Made by a program: the position numbers and the translations under genes. Below, piece by piece: positions 25,870-36,977 of a stretch of DNA of 64,000 nucleotides; the stretch's first letter is position 1, and the number at the start of each line of letters is the position of its first letter. Below the pieces are notes generated by a model. That model made no database searches. It was not told the origin of the DNA and saw only the letters and a list, made by a program, of their open reading frames with translations. The stretch comes from Tricharina praecox (taxonomy: Eukaryota): NCBI RefSeq assembly GCF_024521635.1, contig NW_026250412.1, positions 1,054,001 through 1,118,000 of the forward strand, in the 5' to 3' direction.

Positions 25870-27653
25870 ATGCCTTCCCCCGCCATGGTGGCGCGATGTG
25901 CACAGGCCTCGCGACTGGCCTCGCGCACCTTCCTCGCCTCGACGCGCCCCTCCGCCCTCAGATCGCCAGCTGCGTTGCGACCGCTGCAGAGGAGCCGGAA
26001 TTATGTCTCGCCGTCGAGCAAGAACCCTGCCGCCGTCAACGTCGAGAACCGCCAGATCGAGACGAATGAGGTGCTGAAGCAGACCGGCCGGCTACCGTCG
26101 GATATCGACGTGGGCGGTGGAATGACGGCCGATGCGATGATGTCGCCCCAGGCAGGTATGTTTGCTTGCTTGCTTACTGCGCACTCTCACCGGGGCTAGC
26201 GGCGATTGGCTGACAGCAAGTAGGCATATTGAAGCAGGCGACGATAATGGACGAGGGCTCGCGTCCCATTTACATGGACATGCAGGCGACGACCCCGACG
26301 GACCCCAGGGTGCTCGACGCGATGCTGCCGTTCTACACAGGTCTCTACGGAAACCCGCACTCGCGGACGCATGCGTACGGCTGGGAGACGGAGAAGGCGG
26401 TGGACGAGGCGCGTGAGCATGTTGCCGGCTTGATCGGTGCCGATGCGAAGGAGATTATCTTCACGTCGGGCGCGACCGAGTCAAACAACATGTCGATCAA
26501 GGGTGTGGCCAGGTTCTACAAGGCTAAGAAGAAGCACATCATCACGTCGCAGACGGAGCACAAATGTGTGCTCGACTCGTGCCGCCATCTGCAGGAGGAG
26601 GGCTTCGAGATCACCTACCTGCCCGTCATGGCTAATGGTCTGATCGACCTCAAGGAGCTGGAGGCCGCCATCAGACCCGACACGTCGCTCATTTCCATCA
26701 TGGCCGTCAACAACGAGATCGGTGTGATCCAGCCCATGGAGGAGATCGGAAAGCTGTGCAGGAGCAAGAAGATCTTCTTCCATACGGACGCGGCCCAGGC
26801 TGTCGGAAAGATCCCGATCGAGGTCAACAAGTGGAACGTCGACCTGATGAGCATCTCCGGACACAAGCTTTACGGACCGAAGGGTATCGGTGCGTGCTTC
26901 GTTCGAAGACGGCCCAGGGTCAGAATCGAGCCCATCATTTCCGGTGGTGGACAGGAGCGAGGCTTGAGGAGTGGAACGCTGGCGCCACCGTTGGTTGTCG
27001 GCTTCGGCGAGGCTTGTCGGATAGCCAAGGAGGAACTCTCGGTAATGCCCCTTCCCCTGCCGCATATCTTCCCTTCTTCTATGATGATACCTTGCGCTAT
27101 ACAATCCAAGCGTCGCGGCACGAAGCAATGCCTCAAAGGCGTTGTGTCGGCGGTGCCATGACGATTGTGCAGGGGTACTGAGAAATAGGGTAGTGCGCCT
27201 CTACCATTACCAGCCGCTGACTCTTCTTAGTACGACCACGCGCGCGTCTCCTACCTCTCCAAGCGCCTGCAAGACGGGCTCCTATCGATGGAGCACACGA
27301 CATTGAACGGCAGTCCGGAGCACCGGTACCCGGGCTGCGTGAACATCTCCTTCGCGTACGTCGAGGGTGAGTCTCTCCTGATGGCGCTGAAAGACATTGC
27401 GCTCTCCTCGGGGTCCGCATGTACCTCTGCATCCCTCGAGCCGTCGTACGTCCTCCGTGCCCTCGGGTCCTCCGACGAGAGCGCACACTCTAGCATCCGC
27501 TTCGGAATCGGAAGGTTTACCACCGAGGCGGAGATCGATTACGTCCTCGAGGCCGTCAAGGCACGTGTCAACTTCTTGCGCGAGTTGAGTCCGCTGTGGG
27601 AACTCGTGCAGGAGGGCGTGGATTTGAACACTATTGAGTGGAGTGGGCATTAG
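25870..27653 (+). CDS. NFS1: Mitochondrial cysteine desulfurase
   Basis: [30 protein letters not shown] (PLP lysine), [17 protein letters not shown]. Introns ~26156-26223 and 27042-27230. Confidence 0.97.
27076..27185 (+). ncRNA. Box C/D snoRNA in NFS1 intron 2, probable U6 snRNA 2'-O-methylation guide
   Basis: Box C ATGATGA at 27081, C' ATGACGA at 27158, D CTGA at 27178, short terminal stem TTC(T)/(A)GAA. The guide TTGTGCAGGGGT complements fungal U6 GCCCCUGCACAA. Confidence 0.8.
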
Positions 27654-28138
27654 TGGAGTGGCTAGGCGTGGTGTAACGACGACGAGAATTGCATTGATGG
27701 GTTGGGCTGGGTTGGGTTGGGTCGGCTGCGTGGTTTGCTGCTTCTTTTACTTTACTTTCCGTTCCGTTCTGTTCTGTGACGCTTTCGGGGGTTGGGGGTT
27801 GGGTGGGGGGTGGGGGTGGGTACGCTCTTTCGTTCGAAGGATAGTTGTGTACACTAGTCAGGTACCGGGTCAAAAGGTGTGAAGATGATGTGGTGATATG
27901 GAATGCAATTCCTGCGTAATTGTAGGTGTACATGCTATATAACGAATTCACCGTGACTTCACTTGGCATGTTCACTGTGATGCAGCCATCCCCCACCACA
28001 GCCAGTACAAGCCCGTGAACAAAATGGAGATTCGCCTCACTCTACCCCCTAGTCTACCCCCCAGCCTACCCCCCAGTGCCGTACCGTAGTATCATACAAT
28101 CCAGAACCTATCCTACACCCCCCCCCCCTCTATCCTCT

Positions 28139-28478
28139 TTACTTCCCTCCCTCCACCTCCCGTGTAGTCTCCCGTACACTCTGCTCCTTCAAAAACTCCT
28201 CTTTCAGCTTCGCCTGCAGATCGAAATCGTCCTGCCGCTCGCGCTTGATCCGGCTACGCTCCTCGTCGCGGATCACGCCTTCGTGCATTTGCTTGAATGG
28301 GTCGCGTTAGACTTTCTCAACGGGGTCGGGGGTCGGGGGATGGGGGATGGGGGGGGGGGATGGGGCAAGGAGGGGGGGTTACGGCGCGCTCGGAACGCTG
28401 CAGGTAGTGCACGCCCAGCAGGGTCAGCCCGCACACGGCGGTTGTGGCGAGGAAGGTGGTTTTCGCGGCACGGGACAT
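28139..28478 (-). CDS. PET117: Cytochrome c oxidase assembly factor Pet117, 2 exons (missed by the ORF track)
   Basis: Exons 28478-28383 and 28291-28139 give MSRAAKTTFLATTAVCGLTLLGVHYLQRSERA|QMHEGVIRDEERSRIKRERQDDFDLQAKLKEEFLKEQSV... The VH.Q..ER..MH.GV.RD.ER motif matches Pet117. Confidence 0.9.
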
Positions 28479-28671
28479 GGTGGTGGTGGATTGGTGGGGT
28501 GGGGGGGACGCGGGGGATGGGGGACGCGTGGAGTGGTGGCCCTGGTGGGGTGGGGTGGTGGTGGGGTTAAGCGATGGCGCTAGGAGCGGTTACTGGACTA
28601 CACGTTTGGTGGGGGGGTGGTGGTGGGGGGGGGGGGGTATGATGATGAGTGTTGATGAATATTGCCGTTCC

Positions 28672-29445
28672 TCAGCCCAGCCCCTCCAAAAAGCTATTAT
28701 ACCCCCTCTCCAGATCCCAAAGCATTTCCCTTCCCTGACCCTCATCGATCTCATCGCCAGGTCTCATCTGATTGAGCACAATGAGCCACTTAACAATATC
28801 CTTCCTGCCCTCGAACCCGCCACCGCCAGCCTCCCCACCGGCGCCTCCTCCACCAGTAACTACATCCACCGCGGTGATCACGCTCGCCAGGAGCGGATGC
28901 AGCTCATCCTTCGCGCGATAGTTCAGGCGGAGCGCATCCATGAACGTGATGAAATTCTGCGTAGCCTCTGCCGCCGCCTTAGGCGAAACATTCCTCCACC
29001 TGCCCTCCCCTCCTGTTGCCAAATGTGGCGCAGCCACCAACATCGGCCGCTCCTGGCCCTCGCCCGCCCCATGCTCGACCGTGGCCGGCAGCCCGGTCTC
29101 TAGCCTCCTCGTAGCAGCGGGACAATCGACGCCGTAGCGCGCGCGGAACGCGTGTAGATCTCCGAACGCGGCGGCGACACTAGGACTGCCGAGGAGCGTC
29201 TTGTACTGGCCCAGCAGGCGCAGGCAGGTGGGGGTGTAGGATGAGGGTGGGATCGAGTCCCGTACGAAGGCCTTCTCGAGGAATTCTAGCGTCACGATTA
29301 TTGCGTGCAGTTCCGCCAGGGATTCGTATAGTTCTCGAGAGGAGGGGGTGGAAAAGAGTTTTAGCTCCAGGTTGAGGTTGAGGTGCGGGTTAGACCGGAG
29401 AGGCGTGGGGAGGTAGGCGGAAGGCGCATAGGGTTGGTAGGACAT
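28672..29445 (-). CDS. VPS28: ESCRT-I subunit Vps28
   Basis: ELYESLAELHAIIVTLEFLEKAFVRD, AEATQNFITFMDALRLNYRAKDELHPLL, WLIVLNQM. Confidence 0.95.
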   Translation of the reverse strand: MSYQPYAPSAYLPTPLRSNPHLNLNLELKLFSTPSSRELYESLAELHAIIVTLEFLEKAFVRDSIPPSSYTPTCLRLLGQYKTLLGSPSVAAAFGDLHAFRARYGVDCPAATRRLETGLPATVEHGAGEGQERPMLVAAPHLATGGEGRWRNVSPKAAAEATQNFITFMDALRLNYRAKDELHPLLASVITAVDVVTGGGGAGGEAGGGGFEGRKDIVKWLIVLNQMRPGDEIDEGQGREMLWDLERGYNSFLEGLG

Positions 29446-30061
29446 CTTGGGGTGTGGGCGTGGTGGTGGTGGTGGTAAGGGAGGGGAGGGGAGGGGGAGC
29501 TGTGCTGAGGTGAGGGAGGTGGATGGGGATAGCAGTGCAGGGGTTAGATAGCTGCGGAGACGCTAGGCGGTTTCGGGTCGGGATGGGTGTTCGGGCTTCG
29601 AGGCGTGAAATGCAAATGGAGCGACTCGAGATTGAATGGAGCCACTCGTAGTTCAATGATTACACTGAGGCTAATACGAGTGTTCTGGTTCTGAGCTGTT
29701 TCCAATTTTTGACATTTTTGGTCGGGACAGACGAGTGATATCACGTGATAGTCTCTGGGACTCTCACGGTTATCTCGAACCGTCCCTCATGGCTGCCGTT
29801 GTGGCGGTTCTAATCACAGCTGCTCGTTCTCCGCCGCGGCTTGCATCTTACCCGCGATGACCTCAGGGTACCCGGGCAGTGCGTTACTACAGGATGACGT
29901 CTTTCACCGCGACCCATCTGCGGGCACGAACGATACCATGATCTCACCCGCTTTGTCTACATCACGATGACCCCTCCCCCCCCCATCCCCCCTCCCCATC
30001 TCCGGACTGTCTACTCGTATATCAGCAGCCCTCCCCCCACCACCTCCGCCCATCAACCACA

Positions 30062-30615
30062 ATGTCAATGTCAACCCGCAACATCACCTCCTCGCTGCGA
30101 ATCCACCTTTCGCTCCCCAGCGCAACACTAAGCCACGGCCGAGACTTCCACCGCACGATGGTCGCCACATCCTCTTCGAACTACTCCGGCCAGGGCCTTG
30201 GCATGGACGCCGACGAAGGCCCGGGTATGGCACAAGAGTTTCGCCCAGGAATGCGCGTCGAATATAAAACTGTTGGTGATGCTAGTGAGTAACTCTACCC
30301 AGAAGAGGAGGTAAGGGAAGGGGTGGGATGGGGATGGATGGGGCTGATGGAATGCGAAATAAAGAGACGGGCGAAAAGGATGATCGCGATATTGCTACGG
30401 GCGTGGTGATGGGCGTGCACAAGGGCGAGGGCGATCAGGGGAGTGAGTACGAGGTTCGTCTTTCTTCGTTCTTTCTATTTCAGTTCTTGGAATTAATAGG
30501 ACGGGGATAGTTGTTCAATGAAAAGACAGGCCTCAAGACTCGGGTGAGGGCGGGGAGCATCTGTAAACAGGCGGATGGGAATGACAGGGCGGGCAAAGTA
30601 AAGGCGGAGTGGTAG
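30062..30615 (+). CDS. Small protein with a possible Tudor/SH3-like (Hva1-type) domain, 3 exons
   Basis: Exons ..30284, 30365-30453 and 30511-30615 splice in frame: ...EFRPGMRVEYKTVGDAKTGEK..ATGVV..SEYELFNEKTGLKTRVRAGSI... Start codon uncertain (30062, 30158, 30203 or 30227). Confidence 0.6.
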
Positions 30616-31488
30616 CTATATGGTAGTGAATCTGCTCAGGTCAGGGACGAGGCGGGGGGGTTTATGGTTGGGTGCTGAGGGGGGGGGGGGGGGGGGGGGG
30701 GGGCTGAGTGCTGAGGAGATTGGATGCTGAGTGCTGAGAGTGAGTCGGATATTGGCTGTACATAATATTGAAGTTCGAATTGATTGGCTGGTTCTCATTG
30801 TCCAGGCGGTGATAATGCCTGTGATCCCCCGTACTCTGCATAGCTCCTCGATCATAACCGACCCCGCAATCCTGATTGACTTCTTGTTTGCGGGCCCCGT
30901 TTTCCCGTTTGAACCTTGGATTGTAGGTGATGTACCATGACTGGCACCTGCCGCAAACTGCCTCCGCCTTGTCACTTTCTGCAGTGGGCCGCAGTCAGAC
31001 GCCCCAGGCCTGCAGCTGATCGCGCCCATTCGAGCTCGTGATCCGCACTCCTCGGCCAAAGTGCCGAAAAAGAAAGTGGCCGATGCAATGCAAGCGAGAC
31101 GTCCAGCGTGGCTGCTCTATTGAAGCGGCGAAGGAGGCTGCTGAGAACTCGAGATGGTTCGCCGCGGAAAAGGGTTCACCATGTGGCGGTGATGTCCGTG
31201 GTGATTAACGTTATGGTTACTTCCATGGGCGCCCCCGGTGACCCCTGTCGCCTGCCGGGCTCCGCCAACTTGGCATGGCGACCAACACCCTGCAACAACA
31301 TCATTCGTTCGTATTGTCCCGCGTCTCCTCTGCGACCCCCAGGCACCGCGAAAGATCTACTAGCAAGCACCTCCCCCATTGTCTACATCACCGACCGCTC
31401 CCCCGACATCACTTGACGACGCCACGAGCGAGCACCGCATTTGTCCCGCCTCACAACCCTGCTAAGACCTGCCTTGTCCGTGGAGTGC

Positions 31489-33291
31489 ATGATCCATCAC
31501 CGAGCAAAGCCATTTCCGCCGTCCTCCTCCGCTTTCCCCGAACCCGGGCTGCATATAAACACCAACCGAGCCCCCGCTGCTCCCTCAAGTCCAAAGCCCT
31601 ACCTGCCGTCTCCCTCGAAGTTCCGCCATTCCAGGAACCACCAGTTCCGCATCCGTCGCCGAACCCTCGTTGTCGCAGCCATGCTCATACTCTCCAGCCT
31701 CCTCGTGTACCTCCTCATATCCGACTCCGCCACGGCAAAGACTCCGCGAACGCCGGCCGAGCGACGGGGCGCCACAAGCCTGAAAGACAAGTACCGGCGC
31801 GAGGCATGTCCCGACTACAAAGACTACGCGGCACGGCGGCACCCGCCATTCACGACCGGCCAGTACCAAGTCCCGTACCAGCGTCCGGCGCCGGAATGCC
31901 GACTCTTCAAGTCGGACGCCGTTGAGAAGAAGATCCAGGAGATAACGAGCAAGATGGTGGACGTGGACCTCGCACGGATGTTTGAGAACTGCTTCCCGAA
32001 CACGCTGGACACGACCGTGCGGTGGCATCTGGACTCCGATGATCCGCAGCAGGTCCAGAGCTTCATCGTCACCGGCGATATCAATGCGCAGTGGCTCCGC
32101 GACAGCACGAATCAGCTCACGCAGTACCAGTCGCTGGCGAAGGATGATCCCGCGTTGAAGACGCTGCTCCTGGGCGCGATCAATACCCAGGCTGACTATG
32201 TGCTCGAGTCGCCGTATTGCAATGCGTTCCAGCCGCCGCTCGCGAGTGGCCTCGAGCCGACGTCGAACGGACAGAGCGATGTCGTGCACCCCGTGTACGA
32301 GCCCGGCGTCGTTTTCGAGTGCAAATACGAGATCGACTCGCTGGCGTCGTTCCTGTCGCTCGGCAATCAGTACTACGCAGCAACGAAGGACTCCTCGTTC
32401 ATCACTCCGAAGTTCTTGCAGGCGGTGCAAACGGTGCTGGACGTGGTCGAGGAGCAGAGTGTGGGCACCTTCGGTCCCGGCGGCGAACCAAACGACATGA
32501 CATACACCTTCCAGAGGCAGACCAACGCGGGCACGGAAACGCTCAACCTCAACGGCATCGGGAATCCGCTAGCATCCAACACGTCCCTGGTGCGCTCCGC
32601 CTTCCGGCCCAGCGACGACGCCTGCATCCTGCAATTCTTCATTCCCGGGAACGCCTTCATGTCGGTCGAGCTCGGGCGCACGGCGGAGCTTCTTAGCGCG
32701 ACCGGGAAGAGCCCCGTGCTCGCCGCCACGCTCAAGGCGAAAAGCGCTGCGATCCGCGCCGCGGTCATGAAATACGGCGTGACCACACACCCCGTCTTTG
32801 GAAACGTCTTTGCCTACGAGGTTGACGGCTACGGCAGCCACATCATGATGGACGACGCCAACCTGCCGTCGCTGCTGGCGCTGCCGCTCGTCGGCTTCGT
32901 CGACAGGGCCGACGATACCTACCAGAACACGAGGAGGATGGTGCTCTCTAGATACGGAAACCCCTACTTCCTTGTGGGCCAGGAGTTTGCGGGGATCGGT
33001 GGTCCGCACATCGGCATTGAGAATGCGTGGCCGCTGTCACTGCTGGTGCAGGCTATGACGTCGGATGATGATGATGAGATTGTCACTGCGGTTGAGGCAG
33101 TGCTGAAGGCGAACGCGAGAGAGGGGCTTATCCACGAGAGTGTTAATGTCGCGAGGGTCACGGATTATACCCGGCCGTGGTTCGCGTGGGCGAACAGCGT
33201 GTTTGCGCAGACTATCCTGGATATCGCCGAGAGGAAGCCGAAGCTGATTTTTGGCGAGGGGGCGAGGTTGAGGGGGAGGGTGGTGGAGTGA
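31489..33291 (+). CDS. Glycoside hydrolase family 125 (DUF1237/Mug157-like alpha-1,6-mannosidase) with an N-terminal TM anchor
   Basis: MFENCFPNTLDTT, TGDINAQWLRDS, FECKYEIDSLA, SAFRPSDDA, MDDANLPSLL, TRPWFAWANS. Confidence 0.92.
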   Translation: MIHHRAKPFPPSSSAFPEPGLHINTNRAPAAPSSPKPYLPSPSKFRHSRNHQFRIRRRTLVVAAMLILSSLLVYLLISDSATAKTPRTPAERRGATSLKDKYRREACPDYKDYAARRHPPFTTGQYQVPYQRPAPECRLFKSDAVEKKIQEITSKMVDVDLARMFENCFPNTLDTTVRWHLDSDDPQQVQSFIVTGDINAQWLRDSTNQLTQYQSLAKDDPALKTLLLGAINTQADYVLESPYCNAFQPPLASGLEPTSNGQSDVVHPVYEPGVVFECKYEIDSLASFLSLGNQYYAATKDSSFITPKFLQAVQTVLDVVEEQSVGTFGPGGEPNDMTYTFQRQTNAGTETLNLNGIGNPLASNTSLVRSAFRPSDDACILQFFIPGNAFMSVELGRTAELLSATGKSPVLAATLKAKSAAIRAAVMKYGVTTHPVFGNVFAYEVDGYGSHIMMDDANLPSLLALPLVGFVDRADDTYQNTRRMVLSRYGNPYFLVGQEFAGIGGPHIGIENAWPLSLLVQAMTSDDDDEIVTAVEAVLKANAREGLIHESVNVARVTDYTRPWFAWANSVFAQTILDIAERKPKLIFGEGARLRGRVVE

Positions 33292-33756
33292 GGGAGTGAG
33301 CGAGGGAGTGAGCGAGGGAGTGGGGTGGGTTTGGGTTTGGGCTGCGCAGGCGTTACTTGTGTATTATCTTTTTTTCTCCTTTTCCTTTTCCTTTTCGTCC
33401 GATGTTTGGATGTGTGCGTAAGCTGTTATTCATTCGGGCAACTGTTACCACACCACACTCCATCTGTGCTGAGTGCGATTATGAAGGAGTTGTAGCCTAA
33501 TACTCTAATGTAATTGATGCCTATGATGGCGAGGATGTGCTGCTCGGCTCAGTGCTCAGTGCTCACCCATGATCGCCGGCCGCTGGCGCGTGCATGCAGG
33601 GATCAGATCAGATCATTCTCGGCAATGGGCATCCGAGCCGATATCGCGATAGGCGTGCGTGCGTGCGTATAAACTGACGTCCCACCATCCCGTGGTACCA
33701 ACTACACCGTAACACCTACGAGCCGTACTACCTCCAGCAGTACCACCGCCATAGAA

Positions 33757-34203
33757 ATGTCCCGCTTCATCCCCACCCCCTGGACCCTCGGCTGCATCTA
33801 CGGCGCCTCTGCGGTCGCGCTCGGCGCCTTCGGCGCGCACGGCCTCAAGGCCCGCGTCACGGACCCAAAGTCAATCAAGAACTGGGAGACCGCCGCGCAC
33901 TACCAAGTCCGCCCCTCTTCCCCCCCGCCCCCTATCCATTCTCTGCTAACCGGGGAAATGTGTACCTAGTTGCTGCACTCCCTCGCCCTCCTCCTCTCAT
34001 CGCACAACCCGCTGGCGGCGGGGTTCTTCACGGCGGGGATGACGATGTTCTCGGGGAGTATCTATGCCATGGTCCTGGCGGGGCCGGAGAGGGTTAAGGA
34101 GCACGGGTGGGGGAAGGTCCTGGGACCGGTTACACCGCTGGGCGGGGTATGTCTTATTGTTGGATGGGTGGCGCTGGCGCGGAGGGGGAGGGTTGTGTTG
34201 TAA
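33757..34203 (+). CDS. DUF423/TMEM256-like small membrane protein
   Basis: GASAVALGAFGAHGL, WETAAHYQ|LLHS, FSGSIY, GPVTPLGG. Intron 33907-33969. Confidence 0.9.
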
Positions 34204-34418
34204 GTGAAAGGGAGGGTGGATGTTACTGGCGGAAACAAAGAAGTTTTGAAGTTTGATCGTGGGGTCGTGGAGGTGGTTCATTGTTCGTCGTGATTGGAAC
34301 AAACAATTGAGGCAAAGGATATGGCCGGGGGATGGTGGGGGGGGAGGGGGTACTTTATGTCTCGCCGCTGGCCGATGTGCTGCGAATCCCATACCATCCA
34401 CATACCCCACATACCACC

Positions 34419-36116
34419 ATGACGAGCGAGAGCTTCCACACCTGGCCGCCTTTGAGCGACTGCTTCGCGCCCAGCGCGCCACTGAGCGACGAGGACCTCG
34501 CGGCGTCGCTGCTCGCCGCGGAAGTAGACTACAAGAGCAAGGACAAGAAGCCGAAGAAGCCGGACGGGCACCCGCGCGACAACCTCTGGATCTGGGCGCG
34601 GTACGAGGACGACAAGGACGCAGACACGGAGCGGTTCAAGGGGTGGTCGCAATCGGGCACCGCCTGGCTAAAGGAGTACTACTACAGCTTCTCGAGCCAC
34701 GCTCCGACGGTGCTCCCCTCGGCGGCCGTCAGCGGCGAGGCGAGTATCCCGCGGCGCATCAAGCGGCTGCGCGATCGAGGGACTATATACCCGCACTTTG
34801 AGGTCCCGCGCACGATCTACTCGGACATTGAGGCGGTGAATCCGTTCGTCATCTTGACGGGCATCGAGGGGAAGGCGTATCCCGAGCAGTTCAAGGGCGC
34901 GCGCGAGCAGGACAAGGGGATCGAATTACCGCCGGGGAAGATCAACTACGGCTGCATCGGCTGGAGCTTCGCGCAGAAGCGACGGTTTGTGCGCAGTGTC
35001 GCCCTCATGCGTATCACCCTGCTGTGTCTGAGGAGTAAGTATATACGTGGTGGTGGCGATGAGGATCCGAGGGTCGCGATGCCGTATATGCACCGGCGCC
35101 AGACGAAGGGGTACTTCCAGGAGGCGGGGAAGCTCTCGGGCCCGTGGGCAACGACCAAGGACGCAATCTGGGACCTGTTGGAGCGGTTCTGCATCTCGCA
35201 GTCGACGCTGTGGCCCGCCGACGTGGACAACTTCCAGGAACGATGCCGCATCCAGCAGGACTGCGCGAACGCGTGGGCGCGCCCCGAGCACAACGAGATG
35301 GATCCCGACTACCCCTACGTCCTCGACCACGGCGACCTCTACTACGGCTACAACATCATGTCGTGCCAAACCCGGCCCACGGGGATCCTCGACTTCGAGC
35401 GCGCCACCTACACACCCTACTCCGCGGCGATCCACGACCTGACGAACACCTACCCAGTGTACCGCCTCGGCGACTCCACGCAAGTGCGCTACCTGGACTA
35501 CAGCGAGTGGTCCGCCGCGCCGCTCGCGCGCAAGCCCTTCCTCTTCCCCACGGACTCCATACAAGCCTGGGCGGACCACCAAATGGACACTGAGCAGCAA
35601 ACCGCCAGCTTCGACGAGTACCACGCAGCGCACCCGTCGGCCGACCTCTACCCACCCTCTGGCTCCCGCGTGTGGAACCTACAGGAGCCGGGCACCACCG
35701 CCGACGACCTCGCGCGCTGGGGGAAGATCACCTGGGAAGACTTCGCGTCCGGCGACTTCCTGGACTCCACCTTCTCCTGCGCCTGCGACGACGTTGCATG
35801 CGACATGGCGCGCGAGCACCCATTGCGGCGGTGCGCACGGGTCGCCGAGTTTCCGCGCGTGCGCGACCACCAGGCGAAAGCGGTGCTGCCCCATGCCTTC
35901 GACGACGGGTATATACTCCCGCCGCTGGATGATGATGAAGCTGCGAGGCTCGAGGAGGAGCTGTGTAACGCTGCCAGGGTTAATGTCTGCAAGTTTTGGT
36001 TTTATCCGCCCGTGCTGAACCTCGTCGATATGTTTGTGAGGGAGTACTTCAATGATGATCCCCTGTGTAAGTGGCAGGATCCGGTGTTCCATACGGCGTT
36101 TACGGGGAAGACTTAG
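34419..36116 (+). CDS. Protein kinase-like (APH/phosphotransferase-type) protein
   Basis: Long intronless ORF with VPR, DHGDLYYGYNIM (Brenner-type motif) and GILDFE. Confidence 0.65.
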   Translation: MTSESFHTWPPLSDCFAPSAPLSDEDLAASLLAAEVDYKSKDKKPKKPDGHPRDNLWIWARYEDDKDADTERFKGWSQSGTAWLKEYYYSFSSHAPTVLPSAAVSGEASIPRRIKRLRDRGTIYPHFEVPRTIYSDIEAVNPFVILTGIEGKAYPEQFKGAREQDKGIELPPGKINYGCIGWSFAQKRRFVRSVALMRITLLCLRSKYIRGGGDEDPRVAMPYMHRRQTKGYFQEAGKLSGPWATTKDAIWDLLERFCISQSTLWPADVDNFQERCRIQQDCANAWARPEHNEMDPDYPYVLDHGDLYYGYNIMSCQTRPTGILDFERATYTPYSAAIHDLTNTYPVYRLGDSTQVRYLDYSEWSAAPLARKPFLFPTDSIQAWADHQMDTEQQTASFDEYHAAHPSADLYPPSGSRVWNLQEPGTTADDLARWGKITWEDFASGDFLDSTFSCACDDVACDMAREHPLRRCARVAEFPRVRDHQAKAVLPHAFDDGYILPPLDDDEAARLEEELCNAARVNVCKFWFYPPVLNLVDMFVREYFNDDPLCKWQDPVFHTAFTGKT

Positions 36117-36977
36117 AGGGGGGGGGGGGTTTCAAGAGGGGGGGAGGGGGGAGGGGGTGGGGTGGTGCTGGGCGCTTTGTTGGGGTTGCTTTCAGACAGA
36201 TAGACAAGTCCGGCTGTTTTGCTGCTGTGGGAGTAAGGGCAATGATGACTTACATGCCGGTAGATAGGATAGGTATGCTTACCACCGTCCGTTGCAGCGT
36301 GAGCATCTGAAACCCACGTGAATTTTGAGCTGTCGTCCATCGAGATTCGAGAGTCGAGACCAGGAGCAGCCTCCAGTGAGATACCATGCACGAGAATTCC
36401 AGCCGTCTTATCCAGAAGATCCCGCATCGAGGTTACTGCCCCGGCGCCCAGCCTGCCGCATCATCGATGAATGCTGCACCACGAGCCAGGCATTCTCGGA
36501 ATCTTAAGGCTCGAGCAACGTGGGTATTAACTATAGTTAACTGCACGATCCATCATTGGAGAACAAAGAGACTGCAAGCGTATAACCCGCTTGGCCGGGT
36601 GCGCTATTCGGGATCAAAGATGTATCGGTGTTGCGATTCATAGGGAATGGAAGCTTCGCCGGAATCGGCGGACTTGGAAAGAGCCCGGGGGGAAGTCTGA
36701 GTCTGAAGGGCGGGCTGGGCAGTGGGTGCTGGGGGTGATGTGGGGGGTGCGGATGTGAACGGCACTGGGCAGGACGGGTCGAGGAGGATGTGGTGAAACT
36801 TCAGCTGGAGATTGGGTGGAGTGGTAGCAAGGCACCTGGCTTCATTGCGGGCAGAGTATAGCCCACCGTCATATCTCGTCACACGGCACCCAAAGCCCTG
36901 CAGAAGTGAAATTCATTACATTCAACCCAAACATATCCCTCGCACCCCTCCTACTCCCAGCCACTATCTACCACCTC

